Origin: Nitrospirota bacterium
GTDB taxonomy: Bacteria; Nitrospirota; Nitrospiria; 2-01-FULL-66-17
Direction: 5' to 3'
Length of the DNA: 64,000 nucleotides
Assembly (NCBI GenBank): GCA_049325335.1
Contig: JBMOMC010000006.1
Span: forward strand, 35,673 to 99,672
Part shown: positions 36,767-45,462 of the stretch, piece after piece
How the letters are laid out: each line of letters opens with the position of its first letter
How positions within the stretch are numbered: position 1 is the stretch's first letter
The notes under the pieces: generated by a model
The model's input: only the letters and a program-made list of their open reading frames with translations
What the model was told of the DNA's origin: nothing
Database searches by the model: none
Made by a program: the position numbers and the translations under genes

Positions 36767-39382
36767 TTGCCCGACAAGCCGATTCTCATATTTCCAGCCG
36801 CGACTGTCGAAGCGCGACGACCACTTCCACAGGGTTTCACTCCACCTCGTACACGACCGACGCAAGCACAGCAACGTAGACGTCTGGCAGCTCGATTTCA
36901 GGCACTTTCACAGAGCTTTGGGGTCGTCCGTGCAGATACGACTGGCCTCGATCCCGAGCAGGTCGTTGTTTTCGAGGTCGCTGGCGCCATCGCTGACTTT
37001 CAGAATGTCGTTAGGCGACTCGGGGGAATGGAGTGGCTTGGTGATTTTGAAGTCGAGATCGCCGAGCCACCTCCAGCATTTTTCGAACAGGGCGTGTCCG
37101 TAACGCCGCTGGCGGGTCGGCTGTTCGTTGTCGTCAGCAACCAAGCAAAGCTCAACGAGATCGTCCGGCTCTGGCGGCTCTGGTGCCGATCAAGCGACGA
37201 AAAGCTCCCTCGTAACTTTGGGAAGTTAGCCGAGGTCTTTAAGCACCTGAACGACGTGCGTCCATGGGGCGTACAAGATCGCCTTCGAGAGCGCCGCGCT
37301 CTCGATTGGTGGAGGGACTGCCTTGCAGCGAATAAGGCGACTATTCGCTTTGAGGTCGAACTCTGGTGCCGTCAGTCGGCGGAGAAACAAGCCGAGGCTT
37401 ACCGACACCTTCAGGGTGTCGTTCAGGAGATTCATGGTCAGTGCGTCACGCAGGCTGCCATTTGGGAGATCGATTATCATGGTGTACTCGTCGATCTTCC
37501 AGCATCGGCGGTCCAGGCCACGATAGATGCACTCAACGCTCAGGGAGATACCAAGCTTCTGCGTCTCACCGACATCAAGTATTTCTGTCCGATGGGGCAA
37601 GTCGTCATAGCCCATCCGACAGAGTCGGCACCAGGCGACTTCCCCCAACAGCCGCGACCAGGCGGTGATCCGATTGTTGGCCTGTTAGATGGCCTTCCCC
37701 TCGAAAACCATGCAGCACTCCAGGATCGTCTCATTATCGATGACCCAGATGGCTTTTCTTCTCGGTACGGCGCAGGGGAGCAACGTCACGGCACGGCGAT
37801 GGCTTCTCTAATCGTGCACGGCGAACTGGATGGAAACGAGGATGCACTTCTCCGCCCCGTGTATACGCGACCAATCATGTATCCCGGCAGCCCCAATATT
37901 AACCACATCCGATGGGAGCAGTTACCCGAGGGCAACCTGCCAGTTGATCTCACTTTTCGCGCGGTACGACGGATGTTCGAGAGTGACGGGGTGACACCTG
38001 CAGTTGCGCCAACCGTCAAGGTCATCAACTTCAGTATTGGTGACGCAAATCAGCTCTTCGATCGCGAAATGAGTCCATGGGCTCGCTTGCTGGATTGGCT
38101 GGCGTGGAAATATAAGGTGGTGTTTGTCGTCAGCGCGGGCAACCACCACGGGAACGTTACATTGGAAACGCCCGCAGATCAGTTGATGACACTCGGCGAT
38201 GACACGCTGCGCGCCCAGACGCTGCGCGCGATGGCGCGGGATCAATTGCAGCGACGTCTGCTTGCTCCGTCGGAGTCCGTCAATGCGGTTACCGTGGGAG
38301 CCGTACATGCGGATCTTGGGCCGAATAGCCCGCCCCCGAGCCTTGTGGATCCTCTTCGGAATGCCCGCTATTGCAGCCCGATTTCCTCTGTCGCCGGTGG
38401 GTTCCGACGATCCGTCAAGCCGGATATCTTGGTTGCTGGAGGCCGTCAACATTATCGGATACAGATGACGACGCCGAGTGCGAATCCGGCCGTGCTTGAG
38501 GTGCCGGAAAATCACAGCCAGCTTGGCCAGCGCGTGGCCGCTCCGGGTGGCATAGCGATTCCCCCAAATCACACGACACGTGTATGCGGAACCAGCAACG
38601 CTGCGGCTTTGACCACGCGTCGAGGTGCCCAATTGTACGATCAGATTCACGCTCTGCGCACAGAGCCGGGCGGCGAAGTACTGACGGACGACCTCGTTTC
38701 GGTACTAATCAAAGCGCTGCTTGTTCATGGAACATCATGGAACGACATGGAAGGCGTGATTGGTTCTGCTCTGGATCAAGGCGACAACGGAAATACCCGA
38801 TGGAATCGGGTGAAGCGCGCCTGTACCCAGTTTCTTGGATATGGCGAGGCGGATTGGGTTCGAGGCAGCGTGTGTACCGATCAGCGAGTCATCATGCTTG
38901 GAGTCGGTCGTCTTGAGGCGGACCGAGCACACGTTTACGAGGTGCCTCTTCCGCCAGCGCTGAGTGCCCAGCGTGTCGGCAGGCGCCTGACGGTCACCCT
39001 GGCTTGGCTGACGCCAATCAATACGCGTCATCGTTCATACCGCGTGGCCTCGCTATGGTTTGACCCGCCATGCGACGCATTACAGTTGGAGAGACGGGAT
39101 GGTCACCACGACACAGTAAACCGGGGAACCGTTCAACATGAGATCCTTGAAGGCGACCGAGCGGTGCCGATCACTGTCGGCGATACCGCTACGGTGCAGG
39201 TCAACTGCCGATCTGATGCTGGAACAAAGCTGCCTTCTCCGATTCCATACGCGCTCGCAGTAACCCTCGAGGTCTCACGTCCCCTCGCGGTGAGTGTGTA
39301 CGACGAGGTGAGGGTCGCTCTGGATCGAATCCGCACAGTATCACGTGTCCGTCCTCCCGTTCGCACAGGTGGTCGTGGGTAG
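36767..39382 (+). CDS. S8-family subtilase (871 aa), IetS-like
   Basis: Catalytic Asp region IVGLLDGLP, His HGTAMASLIVHG, oxyanion Asn VVSAGN, and Ser GTSNAAALTT. There is no signal peptide, so it is predicted cytoplasmic. It begins 15 nt after the ATPase stop. Confidence 0.8.
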   Translation: MPDKPILIFPAATVEARRPLPQGFTPPRTRPTQAQQRRRLAARFQALSQSFGVVRADTTGLDPEQVVVFEVAGAIADFQNVVRRLGGMEWLGDFEVEIAEPPPAFFEQGVSVTPLAGRLFVVVSNQAKLNEIVRLWRLWCRSSDEKLPRNFGKLAEVFKHLNDVRPWGVQDRLRERRALDWWRDCLAANKATIRFEVELWCRQSAEKQAEAYRHLQGVVQEIHGQCVTQAAIWEIDYHGVLVDLPASAVQATIDALNAQGDTKLLRLTDIKYFCPMGQVVIAHPTESAPGDFPQQPRPGGDPIVGLLDGLPLENHAALQDRLIIDDPDGFSSRYGAGEQRHGTAMASLIVHGELDGNEDALLRPVYTRPIMYPGSPNINHIRWEQLPEGNLPVDLTFRAVRRMFESDGVTPAVAPTVKVINFSIGDANQLFDREMSPWARLLDWLAWKYKVVFVVSAGNHHGNVTLETPADQLMTLGDDTLRAQTLRAMARDQLQRRLLAPSESVNAVTVGAVHADLGPNSPPPSLVDPLRNARYCSPISSVAGGFRRSVKPDILVAGGRQHYRIQMTTPSANPAVLEVPENHSQLGQRVAAPGGIAIPPNHTTRVCGTSNAAALTTRRGAQLYDQIHALRTEPGGEVLTDDLVSVLIKALLVHGTSWNDMEGVIGSALDQGDNGNTRWNRVKRACTQFLGYGEADWVRGSVCTDQRVIMLGVGRLEADRAHVYEVPLPPALSAQRVGRRLTVTLAWLTPINTRHRSYRVASLWFDPPCDALQLERRDGHHDTVNRGTVQHEILEGDRAVPITVGDTATVQVNCRSDAGTKLPSPIPYALAVTLEVSRPLAVSVYDEVRVALDRIRTVSRVRPPVRTGGRG

Positions 39383-39445
39383 CAATGATTCGTCGCGTTG
39401 GTATTTGAGACGCTTGTTAATACTGCACCAGTGACCTGCTAAGAC

Positions 39446-41080
39446 ATGGATAGACGCCAAAAACTCGAACTCACTTGGATCGGGAAGGAGAACCGGCCAA
39501 AACTGGAGCCGCGGATTCTGCTGGCGGACCCGAAGACGTCTTACCACGCACCACACCGAGTCACCGACCGCGACTTGTTCGACAACCGCCTCATTTTCGG
39601 CGACAACCTGCTCGCCCTCAAAGCCCTCGAACAGGAATTTTCTGGCAAGATCAAGTGCATTTTTATTGACCCACCGTACAATACCGGTGCAGCGTTCGAG
39701 CACTATGATGACGGGGTGGAACATTCGACCTGGCTGTCGCTGATGCGCGATCGGCTAGAAATCATCTGGCGGCTGTTGTCCGACGACGGTTCGCTGTGGA
39801 TCACCATCGATGACAACGAGGCGCATTACCTGAAGGTGTTGTGCGATGAGGTGTTTGGGCGGGCCAACTTCGTTGCCTCGATGGTTTGGGAAAAAGACAG
39901 CGGGCGCAAGAACGATACAGACGTTTCTTCGTCGCACGACTATGTACTACTTTTCGCTCGCAATAGAGAGATATGGCGTAAGACGCGGAATCTGTTGGAG
40001 CGCAGCGACGAGCAGCTTGACCGGTATCAGAATCCCGATAACGACCCTCGGGGGGCGTGGAGACAAGGAGCTGACGGTACGGCAAAGAGTGGGAGCGAAA
40101 GTCTGCGCTATCCCATTACATTACCTTCGGGTAGGGTAGTAACACCTCCCTCTGGTAATTTTTGGAGGTTCAGTCGAGAAACCTTTGAAACGGCGGTTGC
40201 GGAGAATCGCGTCTACTTTGGGAAGGACGGCAATCGCCTGCCGATCATTAAGAAGTACCTCTCCGAGATTCAAACCGGTATTGTGCCCAAAACATGGTGG
40301 CCTGCCGACGAGGTCGGATCGAACCAAGAAGCCAGGCGAGATCATTTGAGGAAGCTGTTACCCGACATCGAACCCTTTGCCACGCCCAAGCCGGAGCGGC
40401 TGCTCAAACGAATCGTTGAGATTGCCACCAATCCCGGTGACTTGGTCCTTGACTCATTCGCCGGTTCCGGCACCACCGGGGCCGTCGCCCACAAGATGGG
40501 TCGTCGCTGGATCATGGTGGAGCTTGGCGAGCACTGCCACACGCATATCATTCCGCGTCTGAAGAAGGTCATCGACGGAACCGACAAGGGGGGAATCACC
40601 GAGGCCGTGGGCTGGAAGGGCGGCGGTGGGTTTCGTTATTACCGGCTGGCGCCGTCGCTGCTGGAGCAGGACAAGTGGGGGAATTGGGTTATCAATAAGG
40701 CGTACAACTCGGCGATGCTGGCCGAGGCTGTCTGCAAGCTGGAGGGATTCACGTACGCGCCCAGCGACGCGGCCTACTGGCAGCACGGTCACTCCACCGA
40801 GTGCGATTTCATCTACGTCACCACGCAGAATCTGAACCACGACCAGCTCCAGCAGCTCAGCGACGAGGTCGGCCCCAATCGCACGCTGCTCGTGATGTGC
40901 ACCGCCTTCCGCGCCAAGCCGGATCGGTTTCCCAACCTGACGATCAAGAAGATCCCCAAGACCGTGCTCTCCCGGTGTGAGTGGGGCAAGGACGATTACA
41001 GCCTGCGCGTGGAGAACCTGCCGAAGGCGCCGCCCCCGATGGGGCAGCAGGAGTTGGAATTGGACCGAGATAAGAGATAG
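39446..41080 (+). CDS. mod: Type III restriction-modification methyltransferase (Mod; beta-class N6/N4 amino-MTase)
   Basis: Motif IV IFIDPPYNTG precedes motif I DSFAGSGTTG, which is the beta permutation. The size and variable central domain are typical of Mod subunits. Confidence 0.9.
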   Translation: MDRRQKLELTWIGKENRPKLEPRILLADPKTSYHAPHRVTDRDLFDNRLIFGDNLLALKALEQEFSGKIKCIFIDPPYNTGAAFEHYDDGVEHSTWLSLMRDRLEIIWRLLSDDGSLWITIDDNEAHYLKVLCDEVFGRANFVASMVWEKDSGRKNDTDVSSSHDYVLLFARNREIWRKTRNLLERSDEQLDRYQNPDNDPRGAWRQGADGTAKSGSESLRYPITLPSGRVVTPPSGNFWRFSRETFETAVAENRVYFGKDGNRLPIIKKYLSEIQTGIVPKTWWPADEVGSNQEARRDHLRKLLPDIEPFATPKPERLLKRIVEIATNPGDLVLDSFAGSGTTGAVAHKMGRRWIMVELGEHCHTHIIPRLKKVIDGTDKGGITEAVGWKGGGGFRYYRLAPSLLEQDKWGNWVINKAYNSAMLAEAVCKLEGFTYAPSDAAYWQHGHSTECDFIYVTTQNLNHDQLQQLSDEVGPNRTLLVMCTAFRAKPDRFPNLTIKKIPKTVLSRCEWGKDDYSLRVENLPKAPPPMGQQELELDRDKR

Positions 41081-41087
41081 CGCGCGA

Positions 41088-41180
41088 ATGAAGCGACCTA
41101 TGCGGGCGACGTTGTATCACCGGATTCGGGAGATTCTGGAATCGGCCCGGACCCGCGTGGCGCGGACGGTCAACACCACA
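41088..41180 (+). pseudogene. Possible remnant of a DUF1016/YhcG-type (PDDEXK nuclease) gene N-terminus
   Basis: MKRPMRATLYHRIREILESARTRVARTVNTT resembles the conserved N-terminal helix of DUF1016 proteins. Similarity is then lost and the frame runs into the res gene. The call rests on recall of the family consensus only. Confidence 0.3.
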
Positions 41181-41227
41181 TCCTGGGACACGCCGACATC
41201 ACAACAATCGGAGATCTGGTACGCACC

Positions 41228-44020
41228 GTGTACCGAATCCTGGAAGCCGGGCCGGCTTCACCCGAACTTCGTTTGGACCCATTTGGGCTGGCATCCGGCG
41301 CGCGCACCGCGAAAGCGCACGCCGTGAACCGCCACGTCAACGCCATTGCCGGTCGCTTGAGCCTGCGGCCCCCGCAGCGCCGTTCGCTGGAGATCCTCGA
41401 CCGGATCACCGAGATCGCGCCGCCCAAGAAGGCCGTGGACCTGTCGTCGGCACTCGCCGCGATCCGCAGCGAGTTTCCGACCGTGACGGATTTCGAGCGG
41501 GAATTCCCGTCGCTCTGCTTCGCCCTGGCCACCGGCGTGGGCAAGACTCGGCTCATGGGCGCCTTCATCAGCTATTTGCACTTGGCGCATGGCATCAACC
41601 ACTTCTTCGTGCTGGCGCCAAATCTCACGATCTACAACAAGTTGATCACCGACTTTACGCCGAACACGCCCAAGTACGTGTTCAAAGGCATCGCCGAGTT
41701 CGCCACCGAACCGCCCCAGATCATCACCGGAGACAACTACGAGACCGGAATCGGCGTCCGTGAAGGACGACTGTTTGAGAGCGGCATCCACGTGAACATC
41801 TTCAACATCTCCAAGATCAATTCCGAGGTCCGCGGCGGCAAGTCCCCGCGCATCAAGCGCCTCTCGGAGTACATCGGCGAGAGCTACTTCGATTATCTCG
41901 CGGGCCTGGACGACCTGGTGCTGATCATGGACGAATCGCATCGCTACCGGGCATCGGCCGGGGTGCGGGCGATCAACGAGCTGAAGCCGGTGTTGGGTCT
42001 GGAACTGACGGCCACGCCGGTCGTGGAAACGGCCAAGGCCGCAGTGCGCTTCAAGAACGTGATCTATGACTACCCACTGGCGAACGCCATGGCCGACGGT
42101 TTCGTGAAAGAGCCGGCCGTGGTCACGCAGAAGAACTTCGACCCCAGACAGTTCACCCCACCGCAGATCGAGGAGATCAAGCTCCAGGACGGCGTGCGGC
42201 TGCACGAGAACACCAAGGTCGAACTGGAGACGTACGCCCGACAGACCGGGCAGCGGATCGTCAAGCCCTTCATGCTGATTATCGCGCGCGACACCACGCA
42301 CGCCGGGCAACTGATGCAACTGATACAGTCCGCGAAATTCTTCGATGGGCGCTACAAGGACAAGGTCATCCAGGTGGACTCCAGCAGGACCGGCGCGGAA
42401 GAAGACGAGATGGTGCAGCGCCTGCTCGCGGTGGAGAGCCCTGATGAACCGACCGAGATCGTGATCCACGTCAACATGCTCAAGGAAGGGTGGGATGTCA
42501 CGAACCTTTATACGATCGTCCCACTCCGGGCGGCCAATGCGCGCGTCCTGATCGAGCAGTCGATTGGTCGCGGATTGCGCCTGCCCTACGGCAAGCGAAC
42601 CGGGGTGAGCGCGGTGGACCGGCTGAGCATCGTGGCGCACGATCGCTTTCAGGAGATCATTGACGAGGCGAATCGGCCCGATTCAGTGATCCGTCTGGCG
42701 CAGGTGGTTCTGGATCCAGCGACGGATCTCCAGAAGACCCGAACCGTGATTGCGCAATCGAACGTGGCCGCGCAGATCGGCATGGCTCCGGCAACCCCGG
42801 GGGGTACGCTTCCCGCACCGGAAACAGTGGTCACTCCGCTGTTTACAACCGAGGCGGAGAAGAAGATCGCGCAGGCCGCGTATGAGGTGATCCGGCGATA
42901 CGAACACCTTCCCGCGTCGACCGACCTGCTCAAACCGGACATCCAGGCAAGTCTCGTGAAAGAAGTCGCGGAGTACTTGACTCCCACCCAGCAGGCGCTG
43001 CCGGGCGTCACCGAGCCGGCCGATATTCCGGCCGTGGTCGCCAAGACCTTGCAGTTTGTCGTCCAGCAAACGATCGACATTCCTCGCATCCTCGTCGTCC
43101 CCAAGGGCGACGTGACCACGGGGTTTCACCCGTTTACGCTGGGTTGCTCCGGCATCCGCTATCAGCCGGTTGAACGGGACTTGCTGATCCAGCATCTGCG
43201 AACGCACGCGCAGGAGACGTTAAGTTTCGGCGCCGGTCACCAACAGGAGCTGCGGCTCGAAGATTACCTGGTGCGAGGGCTCATCGACTTCGACGATGTC
43301 TCATACGACGAACACGCCGACCTGCTCTACGACCTCGCCGGGCAACTGGTGGCACACCTGCGGTCGTATCTCTCGGAGGAGGACGCGCGAAACGTGTTGA
43401 TCTACCATCAGCGGCAACTCGCCGCGTTCATCCACGCACAAATGCAGGCGCATCAGTGGGAGAAGGCGGCGGGATACGACGTCGTGGTGAGCAAAGGCTT
43501 TACCGAACTCAAACCCAGTGCCCATACGGTCCGGGACGGCGACCCGATTCATGATTTCCGCCAGACCGTGGAGGACAAGAGCCGGATCGCGCAATTGCTA
43601 TTCGGCGGGTTCCAGCGCTGTCTGTATCGCGTCCAGAAGTTCCAATCCGACACCGAGCGCAAGCTCGCCGTGATCTTGGACCGTGAGGCGCTGAAGTGGT
43701 TCAGGCCTGTTCAAGGGCAGTTCCAGATCATCTATAAACGGGGGGCGGACCAGCCCGAATACGTGCCGGATTTTGTGGCCGAAACGGCCACTGGAATCTA
43801 TATGCTGGAGCCCAAAGCGCGGAGCGAAATGACGGACGCCGATGTCCTGGCAAAAAGGGACGCCGCGGTCCAATGGTGCGCCCACGCATCGAATCACGCC
43901 CTCCAGAATGGCGGGAAGCCCTGGAAGTACGCCCTCATTCCGCACGATGCGATTGCGGAGAACATGACGCTTGCGGGGTTGGTGAGCCAGTTCGCGATTA
44001 TGCCTCAGGGGGCGATATAG
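41228..44020 (+). CDS. res: Type III restriction enzyme Res subunit (SF2 helicase plus C-terminal PD-(D/E)xK endonuclease)
   Basis: Motif I LATGVGKT, motif II LIMDESHRY, motif VI EQSIGRGLRLPYG, and a C-terminal nuclease motif YVPDFVAE...YMLEPKA. The start is uncertain: GTG 41228 as in the track, or GTG 41324 just before the conserved VNRHVNAIAGRLSLRPPQRRSLEIL. Confidence 0.85.
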   Translation: MYRILEAGPASPELRLDPFGLASGARTAKAHAVNRHVNAIAGRLSLRPPQRRSLEILDRITEIAPPKKAVDLSSALAAIRSEFPTVTDFEREFPSLCFALATGVGKTRLMGAFISYLHLAHGINHFFVLAPNLTIYNKLITDFTPNTPKYVFKGIAEFATEPPQIITGDNYETGIGVREGRLFESGIHVNIFNISKINSEVRGGKSPRIKRLSEYIGESYFDYLAGLDDLVLIMDESHRYRASAGVRAINELKPVLGLELTATPVVETAKAAVRFKNVIYDYPLANAMADGFVKEPAVVTQKNFDPRQFTPPQIEEIKLQDGVRLHENTKVELETYARQTGQRIVKPFMLIIARDTTHAGQLMQLIQSAKFFDGRYKDKVIQVDSSRTGAEEDEMVQRLLAVESPDEPTEIVIHVNMLKEGWDVTNLYTIVPLRAANARVLIEQSIGRGLRLPYGKRTGVSAVDRLSIVAHDRFQEIIDEANRPDSVIRLAQVVLDPATDLQKTRTVIAQSNVAAQIGMAPATPGGTLPAPETVVTPLFTTEAEKKIAQAAYEVIRRYEHLPASTDLLKPDIQASLVKEVAEYLTPTQQALPGVTEPADIPAVVAKTLQFVVQQTIDIPRILVVPKGDVTTGFHPFTLGCSGIRYQPVERDLLIQHLRTHAQETLSFGAGHQQELRLEDYLVRGLIDFDDVSYDEHADLLYDLAGQLVAHLRSYLSEEDARNVLIYHQRQLAAFIHAQMQAHQWEKAAGYDVVVSKGFTELKPSAHTVRDGDPIHDFRQTVEDKSRIAQLLFGGFQRCLYRVQKFQSDTERKLAVILDREALKWFRPVQGQFQIIYKRGADQPEYVPDFVAETATGIYMLEPKARSEMTDADVLAKRDAAVQWCAHASNHALQNGGKPWKYALIPHDAIAENMTLAGLVSQFAIMPQGAI

Positions 44021-44055
44021 GCGGGTAGGGGCAGTATCCTCCAAGTTTGGTGATC

Positions 44056-44646
44056 TTAGCGGGGCCCCCGACGAAGGCTTATCCGCCGCCGTAATTGAAG
44101 TGCAACACCACTTAAATTCCGACGCGATACGAGCATTGGCAGAGAGACGCGATACTGCTCGCACGCCGCGTCATCGGGAATCTGATGTCTAGCGATATAG
44201 AGCAACGCTTCTCTGGGAAGTAGAAGGCATCCTGAGAACCACGCTGCCTCATCTTCCTGTTTCTGGTCGTAGCTCCGCATCACCCAGGCTCCATCTTGCG
44301 AGATGACCAGCCGGCTTGCCTCATGGCCTATGAGAATATGTGCCAACTCGTGCATTTGATCGCTTGATTGTCGCCCGAAAGAATGTTTGGGATTGTAGAC
44401 CACAATGTGTCGTCCAGCACTTTCAACCGTTACTGCTGACCAACCATCTGGATCTGCATTGAGAAGCTGGCGCTTGTGGGACGGTTCGAGCCCCTGGACA
44501 TCATGTGGAGTAATCAGCTCAACTTTGAGGAATCGTGCCAGGTCCGGAGCAAACAATGGACCATGGGCCTGAACACCGAGTTCTCGCCGAACACCTACCG
44601 AGGTGCGCTCAGCCCAGATTTTGAATCCCCGGTCAAATGTCGCCAT
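44056..44646 (-). CDS. ImmA/IrrE-family zinc metallopeptidase (DUF955)
   Basis: HEXXH motif MHELAHILIGHE. It follows and overlaps the XRE gene by 14 nt if the start is MATFDRG (44646). Confidence 0.8.
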   Translation of the reverse strand: MATFDRGFKIWAERTSVGVRRELGVQAHGPLFAPDLARFLKVELITPHDVQGLEPSHKRQLLNADPDGWSAVTVESAGRHIVVYNPKHSFGRQSSDQMHELAHILIGHEASRLVISQDGAWVMRSYDQKQEDEAAWFSGCLLLPREALLYIARHQIPDDAACEQYRVSLPMLVSRRNLSGVALQLRRRISLRRGPR

Positions 44647-45019
44647 CTCGCAAATCTTGATCGGGTTGCGGCTGTGTCTCGGCAACCAGCGAAATCATCG
44701 AAACGAGGGCCTGCAGAGTCTCCTGCTTCGGCGCCCGGTCTGAACGAAGGTGTGCCGATACGTGGATTTTGGCCGGTCGACGTGCCTGCTCATCATGATG
44801 TTTGGCCTGTTCGACAGTAAATCCCATTAGTTCATTGGGATCAACTTGGAGCCACCTGCAGACCTTGGTGAAGGTGGCAATATCGGGCGTTCGGCCATTT
44901 TCAATCCGCATGAGCGTCGCCGGACTGATCCCAATCTCGCCTGCGGTCTCGCGCAATCGTCGACTTCCCCGTTTTGCCTTGACGAAAGCCCCAAGGCCTT
45001 CCAACGTTCGTCTCGCCAT
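44633..45019 (-). CDS. XRE-family helix-turn-helix transcriptional regulator
   Basis: HTH_3 pattern LRETAGEIGISPATLMRIENGRTPDIATFTKVCRWLQVDPNELMG. Confidence 0.85.
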   Translation of the reverse strand: MARRTLEGLGAFVKAKRGSRRLRETAGEIGISPATLMRIENGRTPDIATFTKVCRWLQVDPNELMGFTVEQAKHHDEQARRPAKIHVSAHLRSDRAPKQETLQALVSMISLVAETQPQPDQDLRDGDI

Positions 45020-45055
45020 TACGCCATCCTCCTAGGCGTTTAACTAAAGAAACAT

Positions 45056-45110
45056 AACTCTACCTCTTGACAATCCGCAGTCTCCAACGGTAGAGTTTCA
45101 CCTGTGAAAC
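45056..45110 (+). promoter_or_regulatory. Promoter with overlapping palindromic operators in the XRE / DUF2188 divergent region
   Basis: TTGACA (45067-72), an 18-nt spacer, then TAGAGT (45091-96). AACTCTACC (45056-64) and GGTAGAGTT (45089-97) form a perfect 9-bp inverted repeat bracketing the promoter. A second palindrome GTTTCAC-CT-GTGAAAC lies at 45095-45110. Confidence 0.5.
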
Positions 45111-45195
45111 AGATCTCAATCAACAATATACGTGATTCGGATGGTTTTGGGAAGGAATATTTTGGCGACCACGACCAGATGGAAAGGAGCACAAG

Positions 45196-45423
45196 ATGGC
45201 CAATCAGCACGTTGTGCGTCGGGGACAAGAGTGGGCGGTGAAAGGAGAGAAAACGAAACGGGACACATCGCACCATCAGACCCAAGCCGAGGCGATTGAG
45301 GCAGCGCGCGAAATCGCGAAACACCAAGGCGTGGAAGTAGTGATCCACGGCCGGGACGGGAAGATCCGCGATAAGGATTCCTATGGAAATGATCCCATGC
45401 CACCACGGGATCTGAAACACTAA
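45196..45423 (+). CDS. DUF2188-domain protein
   Basis: 75 aa. WAVKGEKTKRDTSHHQTQAEAIEAAREIAKHQGVEVVIHGRDGKIR matches the DUF2188 pattern. GGAAAGGAG lies upstream of the start. Confidence 0.75.
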   Translation: MANQHVVRRGQEWAVKGEKTKRDTSHHQTQAEAIEAAREIAKHQGVEVVIHGRDGKIRDKDSYGNDPMPPRDLKH

Positions 45424-45462
45424 TCATGTCTGACTGCGGGATAAGCCACGGAGTGATCAAAG

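Noticed and set aside
41174-41240. An integrase box-II-like peptide (ILGHADITT...Y) in the res frame upstream of the res start.
   Set aside because: It is only about 10 residues. The preceding HxLRH/R boxes are missing, the Tyr spacing is wrong, and the frame is flanked by a stop at 41078. I treated it as a chance resemblance.
32566-44020. Classifying the SNF2 plus methyltransferase locus as DISARM.
   Set aside because: DISARM requires DrmA (a large helicase), DrmB (DUF1998) and usually DrmC (PLD), and none is present. The MTase and helicase-nuclease pair has ordinary Type III Mod/Res motifs.
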